This document shows positions 13,331 through 28,095 of a DNA stretch of 64,000 nt, piece by piece. The notes beneath the pieces were generated by a model, which had not been told where the DNA came from, did no database searches, and was given only the letters and a program-made list of their open reading frames with translations. The DNA is from Octopus sinensis (taxonomy: Eukaryota): assembly GCF_006345805.1 (NCBI RefSeq), contig NC_042999.1, positions 123,256,001 to 123,320,000 on the forward strand. Direction: 5' to 3'. Numbering within the stretch: the first letter of the stretch is position 1; each line of letters begins with the position of its first letter. Both the position numbers and the translations under genes were made by a program.

Positions 13331-13874
13331 TTTGTAACATAGGACTAATAGATTTGTTGCCCTTTTTACTGTTTTCCAATCATTGTTCTATACTAGCATA
13401 ATTGGATTTGAATTTTCATGGAATCATTATCTTAAAATCACAATTATAACTTCTCAATCAGCATTCAATTTTGCTGAAAATGTTTTGGTGAAATGTTAAC
13501 AAGAAGTAGGAACCATACAAGTGGAACACTAACACTTTTAATTTTATAAAAGGTAGAATTGAAGTAATATAACATTCTTGTTGTTTGTGGGGGTGTTTTT
13601 TGAAGACTTTCAACAGCTGAAGTGGGCAGTCTTCAAATGGCTTGTGAGGTCAGCTCACCACATTATTTTTGTCTCTTGCTTTTAGGTGTTTGTCACTTTT
13701 TATGAACTAATTTTCAAGTTCAGAATATTGTCACTTGCATTAAAAAAAAAAAGCTTGCTTTAAATTAAATTTGTGTAAATTAAAATCTTTTTTTCAAAAT
13801 CATGAATGAGGAAGCAGCCTATAAGTTATTTCAGAAAATCTTCTCTAAATGTATTATGGCTATATGTGTGGGTG

Positions 13875-13948
<74 letters not shown>

Positions 13949-13949
13949 G

Positions 13950-14006
<57 letters not shown>

Positions 14007-15599
14007 GTATGTATAGATAGATAGATAGATATAGATATAATCACTTGTAATACTTAAAAAAAAAATCAATATCAATATTTGGATTCATCCACTAAAGATT
14101 GCAGGCTTTCTTCTAGAGCAGTTAACTACTGTGTTGACCTTTTAGTTGATACTGCATGATCTTCTCCAGTTTACTTCCAAGATAACTTCACTATTTATCA
14201 GTTTTCTTTTCGTTTTATGCTATCCAGAATTACTGCACATGTTTAAGCTGACTAGATTCTAAATTCTATAGGAAAGACAAGTACTTCCTGATATTTTCTT
14301 TTTTGTGTTCAGCGTTATTGCACTGATTAATCTACAGCATACTCCTAAACGTGATTCTTTTTTCCACTGTAAGGGCTCACATAAATAGAAATTTTTGTTT
14401 TGTTTTTATTTATATGCTCCATCACATCAAAATAGATAAGTGCATAATATTTACTAAAGATTGGTTTTATTGATCTTGCAGTAGCAGTAATGTTATAGTT
14501 CATATAATGTAAAAACAGTACAGCAGGCAAGAATTTGAATTGGTTGAAAAAGGGACTGGCTTAGCAAAGCACAATGATCAGCTATTTTCAATGAATAAAA
14601 ATGGTAGTAATCCAATTATAGATATATTATTGCATCAGAATTCTGATCATAGTTTTGCAGTGAGAACCCTGAATGTAACTGTAAAAATAAATAAAGAAAG
14701 AAGAAGAACTGAAATTTTATTAGGTATTATTTATTGTTGCTGTTACTTAAGCTTTGAAACCTAGCACTTTCATTCGTTGCTATCATCAGCATCACCATCA
14801 TATTTCATGTTCATTTTTCAACACTGGCCCGGGTTGTGTATATTTGCAAAATATTCTTGCAAAATAGCTGCCTTTCACAAGGATCAATCTCAAATGCTTG
14901 CAACCCTTTCATGTTCTGATGCTCACTTTTTCAATATATTTTTCATGTTTTGAACTGCTATTTTTCAAAATAAAAACTATAATCAGCCATTAAAACCATT
15001 GTAGACACAAATTTAGTTACCCAAAATGTACTTCACCAAAGAATTTGACATTGCTACGCGAATAAATATTTACACAAGAATTTTCAAAGATTTAAATCAG
15101 GTGCAGGTATGGCTTTGTGTTTAAAATGTTGCTTCCTTCTAATCATGTGGTTTTAGATTCAATCCCAATGCATTACACCTTCGGCAAGAGTCTTCTAATA
15201 GAATCAACCAATACATACATGTATATATATCTGTATATATTTATATGTATGTGTGAGTTAGTGTCACTATTTGACATCATGCCATAGATGTAAATGAGTG
15301 CAACTATTATACAAATGGCATCATTTGTTTCCTGTCTTCTATGAAAATATGTCCTGTCATGGGTAAATGTTACCTTGTATGGAAACAAGGGTTGGTGACA
15401 GGAAGGGCATCTGGCCTCAACAAATTCCCTCTGACTCATGCAAGCATGGAAAAGTGGACATTAAAACAGTGATGGTGATGATGACTGTGGTGGTGGTCGT
15501 GGCGGCAGCGGTGACAACGATGACGATAGCGACAATGAAAATACCCATATTCAGTTCTTTATGAAACTCTCCTTGTTGTGTATTGTGACCATTTACCAA

Positions 15600-15990
15600 A
15601 CACTTCCAACTTAAGCCACATTCCACAAAGGCCCCATAAAAGTATCACCGGTAATACTAAGACTTGCACATCTCTATTCACCTTCAAATTTCAAACACAC
15701 AGCGTCACATAGTACAATCTCAAACTACCAACCTGGCTTCATCATCTAAATTCTTTAGTCACCAATACCATTAGATGCTCACGCACTGCAACATCAGCCA
15801 ATAAAGTATTTCATCTTCAAATAATGCACCTCAGAATCATTTTTTTCGATTTCATCTTATCTGATATCTTAACCAATCATTCAAATGTTCCCACTCTCTG
15901 TTTAGGGAGACAACAGTTGAAACTAATTATTATTTATAAGGTATCACATATACGTTGTAATTTCCCAAGAGCTGCATTCCTCATCTGAAG
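15600..15990 (-). mobile_element. Possible decayed L1/Tx1-type LINE 3' region
   Basis: Composition and fragmentary motifs only. Confidence 0.25.
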
Positions 15991-16939
15991 CTACAATTCA
16001 GGATACAGTAACTGAACAAATAATGAACACAGTTTAATGAAATAGCCTATAGTTGAAGCTGAGTTGAACCAGTAGGTAATTTTTGATATTTATTGATTCC
16101 CTTTTGATACCAACCTACCTGAGACTGTCCTGAATCTGTAATGCAAAAGAATAAAAGCTTACTGTTTTAAAGAAATCTAAATCAAAAGTAACCCTCTAAA
16201 TGTTCCAAACGCTAGTCTAATATTGACTACATAAGTTTGTTAAATTCTTCAGGATTTTTCAAACAGTAAATCAAGCAAAGGTAGTGTATTTCAGTAGAAA
16301 TATAGTAAAATGTTTAAGCTTTCTGCAACTATCATGGAAGAGTTCAGCCTACAAAGAACTGAAAATAGATGAAATGGTATCACAGTAGTAGTGATAGGCC
16401 AAACTGTTTATCTTTAGAGTGTTTCAATGAATTACTACAAGCAATAGTTTAAGCAGAACGTTAAGGGTATCAATCTCACTGTGAAGACCAAGTAAATAAT
16501 TAGTTAAGAAGAATAATCCTTTTTTTGTTTCCTGATGGGTTTTTTTCTTTACTTTTATTTTTTTATTGCTTTCAATCATTGAATTACAACTAAGTTCCCA
16601 CTGCACAGACATACACATATATACATATATGCACAAGTATACAGATAAGCAAACATGTCTGCAAATATATATGTATGTCTATGAGTGTAAAAAGCAGTTA
16701 TTCTTCAGAGTATATACAGGAGTTCAACATATTGAGCAAATGTTGATTGAAACCATGTACAAAAGTGTGATCACATCATTTTGTTGATATGTTTTTTTTG
16801 TTAATTTGGTCTTTAAAGTATTTACTATTGTATTTATTAATATTTGCAGATGCACTCACACACACATGCACACAGTGCATGTTCTTATGCATGAATGTGA
16901 GTATATGTAAGTGTGTGTGTATGTATGTCTGTGTATGCA

Positions 16940-16976
<37 letters not shown>

Positions 16977-17164
16977 TTATAGAGAGAAATGGATAGATAA
17001 ATAAACATATAATACCTGTATAAAATCAGATAATAGATACTGTAATATGTGACTATGCTCAGTATTATTTAAACGTTACATCAATCGAAGAAGCACATTG
17101 TGACCAGTGGTGTATAACAGCATCTGATAGTCTGATTGATACAGTGACACACACACACACACAT

Positions 17165-17199
<35 letters not shown>

Positions 17200-18034
17200 A
17201 TGTCAGGTAGTGGGGATGACAGGAAGGGCATCAAATTATAGAAAAATCTACCTCAAGAAATTTCACCTTGCAAGTGTGGAAAAGTGGCCATTTGATGATG
17301 ATGATGATGATTTTTACACACACTAGATCTAATAGAATTTGCAATAAAATTTCTAATTTTTTCTGGCCCTTATATTTAATTACCATCTTTGTTAGTGTTT
17401 CTTCAGTTATTTCCTTTCTACTTCTAATTCATTTTCCTTTTGCTGACTGTAATGAAATAGCAAGCTCAAATTAGAGTAGCCTTCAACCTTATTGAAATTT
17501 AAAATATTTACAATACCTATATCTTTTTTTAGACTTAAACCTAACCTTTGGACTCTTAGGTCTAGCAAATTAGAGTAAAACTCTATTCTAAGAAATACAA
17601 TACCATTCATTTAGATACAGTACATTGTAAATATATTTTAATAAACTGTAAACTGACCCTTGGACATCCATAGAGCAAAAGGTGTAAGGTTATTAAACTA
17701 TCTACACCTAAATAAATTTCAATGATGAAAAGACATTCAGTTATAATGGAGTTGTTTAATTCCAGCCAAAGTACAATACACACCTAAAAATATCATTGCC
17801 CACTCCCTCACAGAGTTTGCAAAATATTCACCCTGATACATCTAACTTTATTTGAACCTTATATAAACTCCAATTTTTTCTCATCTTCACAGTCATGAAC
17901 AGCCCATCTAAGAGGGAATCTCAGTGGAGACTGTCAACTTTGATATAATACAAATATTTATAGCTATACCTCTCTGTCTATCTATCTGTCAATCCCTCTC
18001 TCTCTCTCTCTCTCTCCATATATATATATATATA

Positions 18035-18846
18035 TACAGGGTGTGGTGAATAAACTGTCGTCTAAATTATGCAAAAATGAAAATAACACTGACATCTCAT
18101 TTTAACAGATGTATTTGCCAAAATTACATACAAATATCTTGAAATACTAAAGAGTAAATTTATTCAATGAAATCGCTATAGGCTTCAACCATGGCCTCCA
18201 GACAACTTTGGAATCTCCTGCAACTCTTCTGGACAGTCTTCTTGTTTAAGTTGGTGAATGCTGCAGTAATCCTTGCCTTCAGTTCATCTTTGGTGTTGCA
18301 AGGAGTTTTGTTGGTCTTTCATGCAACTGTGCCCCACACATAGTAATCAAGGGATTGCAGTCTGGGAAGTTAGGGGTGATGTTGTCACAGAAATTGTCTG
18401 ACAGCCATGACTGGTTCTCCTGCTTGTGTGGCATGGTGCAGAGTTCTGTTGCTAGACAGGGTCTTCCAGCAGCCATAATGTAGGCCTCTACGTTGAGTCT
18501 GAAGCTGTGTGGAAAGATGAATGGGGGCATAATGTCACCATCACAAGTGATCACTCCATTCACCATGATGTTGATTGGATGTTTGATTTTCATCGCTCTT
18601 AGTACATGTCCTCATATTGACACCCAAACACTTCAAAATGTTTGCATTCAAGCTTCAGGCATGAATGCCAAGCAGTACAGCATGTTTCCAAATTTCTGGC
18701 AGAATGAATTACATCATAGGGCTGTTATTCTCACAGACGGTGCCCAACCGACCCTATTATACTGTGTAGTCGACAAAATCAAAAACAATGCGCATGTGCG
18801 AAATTGAAAATATAAAAGGGCAAAAATTTACCCATTGTACCCTGTA
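18035..18846 (-). mobile_element. Internally deleted Tc1/mariner element (maT/DD37D-like)
   Basis: TA-CAGGGT... and ...ACCCTG-TA ends. The minus strand encodes KIKHPINIMVNGVITCDGDIMPPFIFP, SWLSDNFCD..TPN..PDCNPLDYYVWG and NTKDELKARITAAFTNLNK with frameshifts. Confidence 0.85.
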
Positions 18847-18848
18847 TG

Positions 18849-18886
<38 letters not shown>

Positions 18887-19432
18887 TGTGTGTATGTGTA
18901 TATATATATATATATATATATGCACATGGTTGGCTCACTGGGAACTGCTACTTATAGGGATAGAGAGAGTGTGCTATGTAAGGGGAGGGAATCGCTTGTA
19001 TTTATTTTACATACATATAATATACTTGTATGTATATATATGTGAATGTGTGTGCATTTACATGTACATACATATGCATACTTACACATGCAAATACTTA
19101 TGTGTATTTGTATATATAAGCATTATTTGTGCATGGGAATGAGGACGCTATGTACCACCACCATCATCTTCATATTTATGTCTTTTTCCATGCTGGCATA
19201 GCTTGTACTAGAATTATTGAGGCAGTGTCTTCTCTCCTGCCAACCATTTCCTGTTTTTCAAGTATGGTACATTTTACTTCATTGATCTTGTCATCAAACC
19301 AGACAGAACTGCCCTGCTACAGAATATATTGCTTACGGATCATTTAAACATGACATCACTGTTGCTCCAGCAATGTCATTGCTCAGTTTCACCATAAAGC
19401 ATGCATGTGTGTGTGTGTGTGTGTTTATAAAA

Positions 19433-19470
<38 letters not shown>

Positions 19471-19522
19471 TGCATTACTCCATATCAGTCTGGCATGTAA
19501 TGCACAGCTTTTTTTTTCTGTG

Positions 19523-19565
<43 letters not shown>

Positions 19566-19786
19566 TCGTGTTTGTTTTCCCCATTGTCCTGTATGTTCAT
19601 TAACTATTTCCAGTGGCTTTTTGCCACTGGCACCACCAAAACTGAACAATATTAACATTAAAGGTGCAAAATTATAAGGATCTTTTGGACTTTGATGAAG
19701 AATTTGCTACAAATTTTCTGTTTGTTATGTTTTTGTAAAATTTTCCATTTGTTGTGTTTTTGTTAAATTTTTGAAATATATATATG

Positions 19787-20461
19787 TATGAGGGGAAGTC
19801 AAAAATTATCTACACTTTTGCCATAGCGTATCTTTATTATTGTCACACCACCTTCTGCGCATGCATGCTTACAGTTGGTACTATTGTGGTCATGTGATCA
19901 AAGTTTGAGCCTGATTGTGCCATTTCTCTTTCTGGCTTTACAGTGTAAGCATGGCTGCTCTACCAGCAATGTGCACCAAAGAACAACTAAGAGCATTGAT
20001 TGGAGAGATGGTAATGGTAAACTGGTTCACCATTACTATCTCTTGAGCCTGCTGAGTGTTTTCATCAGTGGTGGAGGTTGACAGGCATCATGCTCCTTCT
20101 TTGTGCAGCCATTCTAAACTTTTCCAGCCACTTCTAAAGTTTTCCATCTACTCATAGACACTTCTACATGGTAGTGCACTGTTCCTGTATTATGCTAAAA
20201 GCCTCCAACAAATTTCAGCATCTGACACACCTTTTGACAAGAGAAACTGAATCACTGCCCTTTGTTCTTAGGTGCACATTGCTAGTGGAGCAGCCATGCT
20301 TACACTGTAAAGCCAGAAGGAAAAGTGGCGTGATCAGACTCAAACTTCGATCATGTGACCAAAATTGCACCAACTATAAGCACGCATGTGCAGAAAGCAG
20401 TGTGACAATAGTAGAGATATATTATGCCGAAAGTGTGGATAATTTTTTACTTCCCCTTGTG
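19787..20461. mobile_element. Mariner-type MITE with about 200-bp terminal inverted repeats
   Basis: TATGAGGGGAAGTCAAAAATTATC... at the left and ...GATAATTTTTTACTTCCCCTTGTG at the right. Arms 19787-19986 and 20262-20461 are reverse complements throughout. Confidence 0.85.
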
Positions 20462-21904
20462 TGTGTGTATATATATATATTAGTATTAACTGACTTTTGA
20501 AATCATAATTAATTTAAAATATTTTAATCAAGGGAATGATCCAAATTATATCATTAATCTGTTATTATTACATAAGGAATGTTGCTGATGACGATGATGA
20601 TGATACTCGTGAAGATATTTATCACTAAAATTCTTAAAATTTTAGTGTTCAAGACTTATTCGTAGTCAGTTGAGAATTGCTAAAATTGTTTAAATTCACT
20701 AATTAATGTGTGACATTCATTAAGCTTGTAACACTTCATAGCTGAACTCCTTGATTATAAGTGTCACCTCTGTTAAAATCTAAAGTGGCTAAGAAGTAAA
20801 TCTAATAACAGAAATTGAAGTGAATTAGAAGGGCAGGTGTGAAGTTTCATGTGTAATAATATGTTCACCTTTTGATCTCCTATTCTGTCTTTCTCCTTTG
20901 GATCATAGAGGAAATGTGGAGTAAATAATCAATAACAGCTGATTTGTCCCAATTAACTTGCTGTCATTAACTATTGCTGTGCTGTCACTTTAAGAATCAC
21001 TTCAAATATTTAGCCTCTGAGTCCTAAACTAGATTTTATCTTGATAGATATGCTCAACTGTGAACTTGAAATCTAGTTTTAAATTGATGGTCATCTTTTC
21101 TATTCTAGCTCATACATACAAACATACATACTTACATACCATATCTAGTCTATGGTTGAAGTACTGAATTTGAGATCCAGTGGCCAGGTATTGAAGAGCT
21201 GCTCTTCGAAATTATTTGTTGTCCTTTGAATAAATTCATTGTTAATAAAGCAGCTGTCTGTGCATGTGCGCACGTGAGTGTATTTATTCCTAATATCTGA
21301 CTTGTTGGAATAAACAAGATTATGATTAAAGAGACTGAGTAATTAAACCCGGCATCTTTAAAAGTGTATATGTGAGGATGCTTAATGATTTTTGATAAAA
21401 ACAGATATTGGTTCAATAAACAGGAACCCACTAGAGATGATCATATAGTTGTTAGTCATCTCTGGTGAGTATCTGGTTTTTCTAATCGTCCTTTGTTGCT
21501 CTTAACTGTTAATTCAAACTAACAGCTACTGAATATAAAACAAGTGTCACTTGACTAATATTCTGTCTGCCTACAGTCATTAATGTTACTATTGATAAGA
21601 TTTGTGTGACACATTTTCATGTATTTTCAGACATCTAGGACTTCTTCATCCAACTTTTACAATACTAGGGAGTTATTTAACGAGAATTTCATTGCTAATT
21701 CTGATACTTGTTTTAATGTAAGGGTTGGCAACTGGAAGAGCATCCAGTCATAGAATATTGCCTCAAAAACTCTCATACAATCTTTACCAGCCTGGTAAAA
21801 GCAAATTTTATACAACATAGAAACTCTCCTAATGGCTTATTTTTGAAATATTGTTTTCTCTAACAGTAGCTTACAGGCTACCATAATACTTCCTCTAATG
21901 GTAA

Positions 21905-22270
21905 CTTATATGGCTGAGTGGTAAGAAGCTTACTTCCCAACCTGGTTCCAGGTTCAGTCCCACTGCATGGTACCTTAGGCAAGTGTCTTCAACTGTAGTC
22001 TTGGGCTGACCAAAGCCTTGTGAGTGGATTTGGTCGATGGAAACTGAAAGAAGCATGTGTGAATCTGTCTTTGCCCCAGCACCGCTTGACAACTAGTGTT
22101 GGTTTGCTTAGGTCCCCATAATGTGCAGTTCAGCAAATAGAGACCATTAGAACAAGTACCAAACTTAACAAAAATAAGTACTGGGGGGGTCAACTTATTC
22201 AGCTAAGTAATTCTTCAAGACAGTGCCTCAGCATGGCCACAGTCTCATGACTGAAACAAGTAAAAGGAAA
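21905..22270 (+). mobile_element. Family-A tRNA-derived SINE. Other copies: ~931-1010(-), 15100-15200(+), 22760-22900(+), 23265-23405(-), 27740-27910(-), 45955-46320(+), 47422-47795(+)
   Basis: Shared consensus tggctgtgtggtaagaagcttgcttcccaaccacatggttccgggttcagtccc (A/B-box-like head) ... ccaaagccttgtgagtggatttgg ... internal microsatellite ... ccagcatggccgcagtcaaatgactgaaacaagtaaaag. Resembles the tRNA-derived octopus SINEs, but I have not assigned a family name. Confidence 0.85.
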
Positions 22271-22465
22271 AAAAATATAGTCGCCATAAAATACTTGAGT
22301 TTCCACAGTTTTTTTTTTTTGTTAGTTTTTACTGTGCATTCTTTTATCTCAAATGAACATTTTCCAAACTGTGATAAATACTTGACATTGTCAGTAGAGA
22401 GAGTGAAAATGGTATCATGTTCTCTGATAAAAGTTAAGTCACATATCCATCACTTTCTAGGTGAC

Positions 22466-22500
<35 letters not shown>

Positions 22501-25500
22501 ACAATCAAGGAACAGCCATAATAGGCCATTCACCCACTAGAAATAACAGCCAAAGCTTCAACCGCAAATAAAATTCTACAAAATTTTTTTTGGCACCCTA
22601 TATTGATTAATTATAAATATATATATATATATATATATAATGATATTAGGGAGTATAACTCCAAACATACAGGGAAAAATTCAATTTAGTATTAAATCAA
22701 ATTTCACAGTATATATATATATATATAAATTACTCTGTAGATCACCTATCATCCTATTCCTTCACATTATGGTTGTGTGGTTAAGATATTTGCAATGCAA
22801 CTACATGGGTTTTGGGAAGTGGGAATGTACCTGTGAGCAAGTGTTTTCTTCTATAACTTTGGGTTGACCAATGCTTTGTTAATGAAATTGGTAGACATAG
22901 GGTGTGTGTTTGTTGCGAGAGTGTATGTATGCATGCATATTTTCCCCATTTGTGTCTTATTGTTTACATTCTTAGGCAATGGTCATTGTTTGCATCAATT
23001 GTGAAAATATGTCCAAAAGTTGAGCAGTTTTGTCATGCCAAAAGATAAACAAGCAATTTACCAAAAAAAAAAAAAAAACAGTATGGCATCCAGCCATAGT
23101 GTGCTGCCTCAACAAGTTTCATGCAACCCATGCTGCATGGAAAATGCAAATGTAAAAATAGTGATAATGAGAAGGAAGATCATTTTGATCCATTATATGG
23201 TGTGTATACAAGAGTACACACTAACAAGCATGCAAATATGTGTGCACACACACAGACACATAACAGGCTATTTTCAGTTTTCATCTGCCAAATCCAGTTT
23301 TTTGGTCTACCTGGAGCTATAATAGAAGATACTTACCTAAGGTGCCATGCAGCGGAACTGAACCCAAGACCATATGATTGGCAAGCAAGCTTCTTAACCA
23401 TACAGATATATAGTTCAAATCTCACCAAAGGGCCTATCTTACTTCTTATGGTTTTTCGAATACTTAATATCCATTACATTAAAACCTAAATATTTTATAT
23501 GCAAGATAGTTTATGAAACACTAGGCTTTTGTAGATTTCATCCCTGTAAATCTTTATATTTTATTTAATCATCCTGTTTTTAATAATATTAGGATAATAC
23601 CCTACTTTTAATTCATTTTGTCTTTAGAATTCAGAGTAGTTTTGTTGTTTTCATTGTTGGCATCAGGCATATCAGTTATAACGATACACACACACATGCA
23701 CGCACGCACGTATGCACACACACGCAACATCCAGTCATAATAATTAATGCTAGGTTTTTAAGTAAAGAGACTCTTTCTTATTTATATCTAAGAAAATAGC
23801 CAGTTACAGAAGGAGTTTGGTTATAGGTAGCAAAATTATAGGGTGGACTTTTCAATGTATAATGCTTAGCAGTCTTTTATGCATGATTATTTGACGTCAG
23901 CTGTGTCATGTGCACAGATTGTTTATGAATGTATTTATGTTTGCGTCAGTGCATTGCATTTCATTTCATCTTATTTGTATATAAGTGTAGAAACTGAGAT
24001 GCCTATGTCACAAGTAAGCCACCACCAATGATTATCTATATATTTTACACACATTCACATGCACACACAAACAAGTGTGGTTTGTGTGTGTGTGTGTAGC
24101 TATCTTCCACTCTGTTTCTCCTTCAGTGTATATTTATTAAAAAAAGTGTTTTTTGAATAAATAGAACCAACAAATGTTGTTGTCATGTACAGTTTATTTT
24201 TCATACTGGCATACATTGTTCAGATCTCTCAGCATTTCACAGTTTGGTATGGTCCTTTGTCATTAGTCATCCACAACAGGAAAAACTGGCTGTCTTTCTT
24301 GTGTATGCCCTATTTTTATGCATAGTTTCTATGGATGGATGCCCTTCCAATTACCAATGATTTTACAGAGTGAACTATTGATACACACACACACACATAC
24401 ATACATTTTGCAGAACAGGTAACTCTTCAACTAGAATATCAGCCTCACTGAATTAATGTATAGCTCATTTCACATTTTAATTTTATCATTCTCTTAAAAG
24501 CTTTCCTTGGTCTTTGTATTTAATACTTCCATCCAGTTTTGCAGTCTGGGCATTTGCTTTTCTTTGCTTGATCTAATTAAGTCATCTGGTTATGGAAGTA
24601 ATAGTTGTTGTTTTTGTAGTAGATGATATTTTCTCCACAAACTGATTTTGCTATAAAATTGTGGTATTGAACTAAGATACTTCTTAAAATCTCTATTGAG
24701 AAGATTGTTCTATTTTGCTTTATCATCTCCTTCTTTTCAGTTTTGCGTGTCATGTGAGACAACTAAAATTCTTTTATGAAGTTTATTTCTCTCTTTTTTT
24801 CTCCTGATTTATATGTTCTACATTACATGTTACATTCTCCTTAGTTTATCTTGCTGGAAACAGAAAATCGTTGTTAACTACTTTCATCTACTTAATAGTT
24901 TGCTTCTATTTTCTCAATAGTAAACAGCTAGTTTTCAACCATCATAAACCCAAATGCTTTCCTTCTTAAATATATAAGATTCAAACTTAAACCTTGCAAT
25001 TGCAATGACAGCCATTAGAATTACCAGTAGTCAAGTGGAATTAGCTTTCACTAATTCATTATACAAGCTTTTACTTCTGCAGTACTAAGGGGGAAAAAAA
25101 TAAAAAAGATCTTCATTGGTATTGAATTATAAAACATGCATATAGGGAGTTCAACAAGCACTAATCTTTGTCATTAAACAAACAATCCATTTCTGGCTAT
25201 TATTTTCATGTTAAAATAACTTAAATCAGTCTTTGTGACAGTTTTTTTGGTTGTTTTACTGCTCAGTGTGTTCCTTTTATTTCCTATTGTATTTATTTTT
25301 TATTGGTTATCATTTAGCTCAAAATAGATCAATTACACTTCAAGCATTTCTTTTAAGTTTTTTACCATGATTGTAAAATTTTGATTCTTCTGGTCAAATT
25401 TTTGAAAGTATACTTTCAGTTAATATTCATATGAAAAATCTTTATAATTTACAAAAGAAACTTTCTCTTTTAGAATTGAACTAAAACCATCTAGAACTCA

Positions 25501-26404
25501 CGATTGCATTTTTACACATTTTGAAATAGTCTTTACTTTAGTAATTTCCAACATGACCTAGAGTAATTTCTCTTATAAAATTCATTCTCATACATGTTGA
25601 ACCAGAAATTAAAATATGCTAACATACTGATTTAGTAATCTAAAAAGAATATAAGCTATAGAAAAAAACCATACAAATTGCATTCAGTTTATAAAATATA
25701 ACATGTTCTGAGACTTTACAGTGTAATATTCCTTGGAATATATGTTTATTGCTTATAATACATTACTTACAACACTGAATTAAAATTTTCAAATTTGAAA
25801 TACACACATATGTGTTATTACTTTCTTGGTGAATTTATGATGTACACATTTCAATTGATTCCTGTTTTATCATAAATTTTTCTTTTCTTTTACCTGCAGT
25901 CATTGTAACCTTTCCTTATTTCCTTACTCAGATTAGTTGGTGGGAAAATTTTATATTAAAGTAATTTCATACAGACCTAGATTTACTCGATCACCCATCA
26001 CCTCTACAATTTAAAGTTTATCTTAAAATTCATTAGGAATTTAGAATTAGCACATTGGGGACTGTTATTGATTTACTGTTATTTTATTCCATTTAATGTC
26101 TTTTGTAATCCTTTATTCTTATGTAGGAGAAAAACTGATTTAAATTGCTTCATTTCTGAATATTTAAGAAATGTTTTTAATACCTATCTATAGATGTTAA
26201 ACTGAATTTATAAGACTAATACTAAATGTTATATACTATGCTAGTGATTTCTGTGTGGCTGACAATGTCAGTTTCCAACTATCTGAAAAACTTGTCAAAT
26301 TATTATTATTGTGAATTTATTGATCGTAAAAGCTGAACAAATGTCTGATGCTACTAGATGTTACAGCTGAAAAATGTTGCAGCTAAACAAGAAGCTATAG
26401 TTCA

Positions 26405-26560
26405 TTGATGACGTCAGTCATTGGTACCCCTTATTTTCCAAACTACCAGCACGCGACAGAATTTGCCTGTTCGTTTTCTCATTCTTTCACTCATTTTCTC
26501 TCTCTCTCTTTCTCTCTCTCTCATACACACATGCACACTTTCTGTTATTCTCAGGTACTT
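26405..26560 (+). promoter_or_regulatory. Possible promoter or untranslated first exon: CRE (TGACGTCA 26409-26416), ATTGG box (26420-26424), CpG cluster, (CT)n, candidate donor CAG|gtactt at 26554
   Basis: Motif co-occurrence only. A second perfect CRE plus CAGCTG lies at 23892-23903. Confidence 0.25.
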
Positions 26561-26584
26561 AGAGTTTTATATATAATGAATTTT

Positions 26585-26622
<38 letters not shown>

Positions 26623-27520
26623 AATATAGACAGACAGATAAATAGATGAATATAGCTTGTGTGTGTGTGTGTATGTGTGTAGATATGTATATACGCATAT
26701 ACGCATGCATATAATGGTTTGGACCTTATATCCTTATTATGGGAATGATAGAGATAAAAAATGTAAATAAAATGCATTTTAAAACCCATAAATATCTTAC
26801 ATAATTAAGAGAGCTAATTACACTTTGAATTTAAAATTCAAAGATAATTTTAGAATTTATCAAATGCATCTTATATGATAGTTAATGTATCCATAATTAT
26901 GAAAATTCAGGCAAAATTTTCATTGTACAATGAGTATATATAATTATTTCCAGAAATATATTGGGAGTCATCAAATATGTTTTAACTGTTAAGATGTTAT
27001 GATTTATCTTTGATAAGGCAGCTACTATTTTGTTAAGACAATACTGCTATTGCTTATCATTTTTTTTTTTGCTTTTTTTTTTTTTTAGCATTAGCTTTTA
27101 TAATTCCTCCTATTTTTCAAAATACTTTTTTAGGAATATTCTCTATATAATGAGGTTTGTGTTAACATATTTCATATCAATACTACTATTATAGTAATGT
27201 ATTTATTTTAATATTTTCGTATCATCAGCCTTGATCATGATGAGTAGTTGAATTCACATTCATATTTTCTTCATTCCATGATGAGAGCTAATTTATATGA
27301 GTCGTCATAATCACCAGCATACAGCATCCTTTTCCATGCTTGCATGGGTCAGAGAGACTTTACTGAGACACATTTTCTGTCATCAGCTTTTACTTGTTTC
27401 TGAGTAAAGTGATATTTCTCATGGTCTGATATATTTTTCATGGAAGATTGGAAATGAAGAACATGCTCATTTTCAACCATTATGTGGTGTCAAGACAAGA
27501 GTACGTATACACACACACAC

Positions 27521-27736
27521 ACAGGGTACTGAAAAGTTCCAGGCTTTATGGGTATCACAAAAGGCCTTGTTGGAGACCAACCTTCTGAGTTCTTTTACAG
27601 GGCTTAGTAAAACTGAAGGACTGCTGCAATAAGTGCATAAATGTGAGAGGGGAATATGTTGAATAAAATCATAATTGACTGATCTTCCTGTATTTTCTTT
27701 TACCTAAAGCCAGGAACTTTGCAGCACACCCTCATA
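27521..27736 (+). mobile_element. Short mariner MITE retaining the transposase 3' end
   Basis: TIRs cagggtactgaaaagttccaggcttta / taaagccaggaactttgcagcacaccctcata. The interior reads ..KLKDCCNKCINVRGEYVE*. Confidence 0.75.
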
Positions 27737-28095
27737 TATGGCAGGTCTCTCTCAGTTTCCATCTTCCAATTCCACTCACAATGCTTTGGCCAGCCTAAGG
27801 CTGTACTAGAAAACACTTGCCCAAGGTGCTGTGCAATGGAAGTGAACCCATAACTAAACAGTTAAGAAGTAAATTTCTTAATGACACAGATATACATGTG
27901 CATAATGGAAGTGGCAGACTTTCATTATTGCAAGCATGCCTGGCACCCTGGCATGCAACCAACTGGTCAATGATACGTGGCTTGCAAGGGAGCAACTCTG
28001 CTGCTGAGACCAGCAGCCCATGCAAAGTAATGTGAAAGCTGTCACTTATGTATGTAAATGTATATAAATGTGCATAAGGAATGAAAACTTGATAT

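Noticed and set aside
14345-14764. ORFs and splice-like sites on both strands
   Set aside because: Frames close quickly after the strongest acceptor, and the peptides look like AT-rich chance ORFs.
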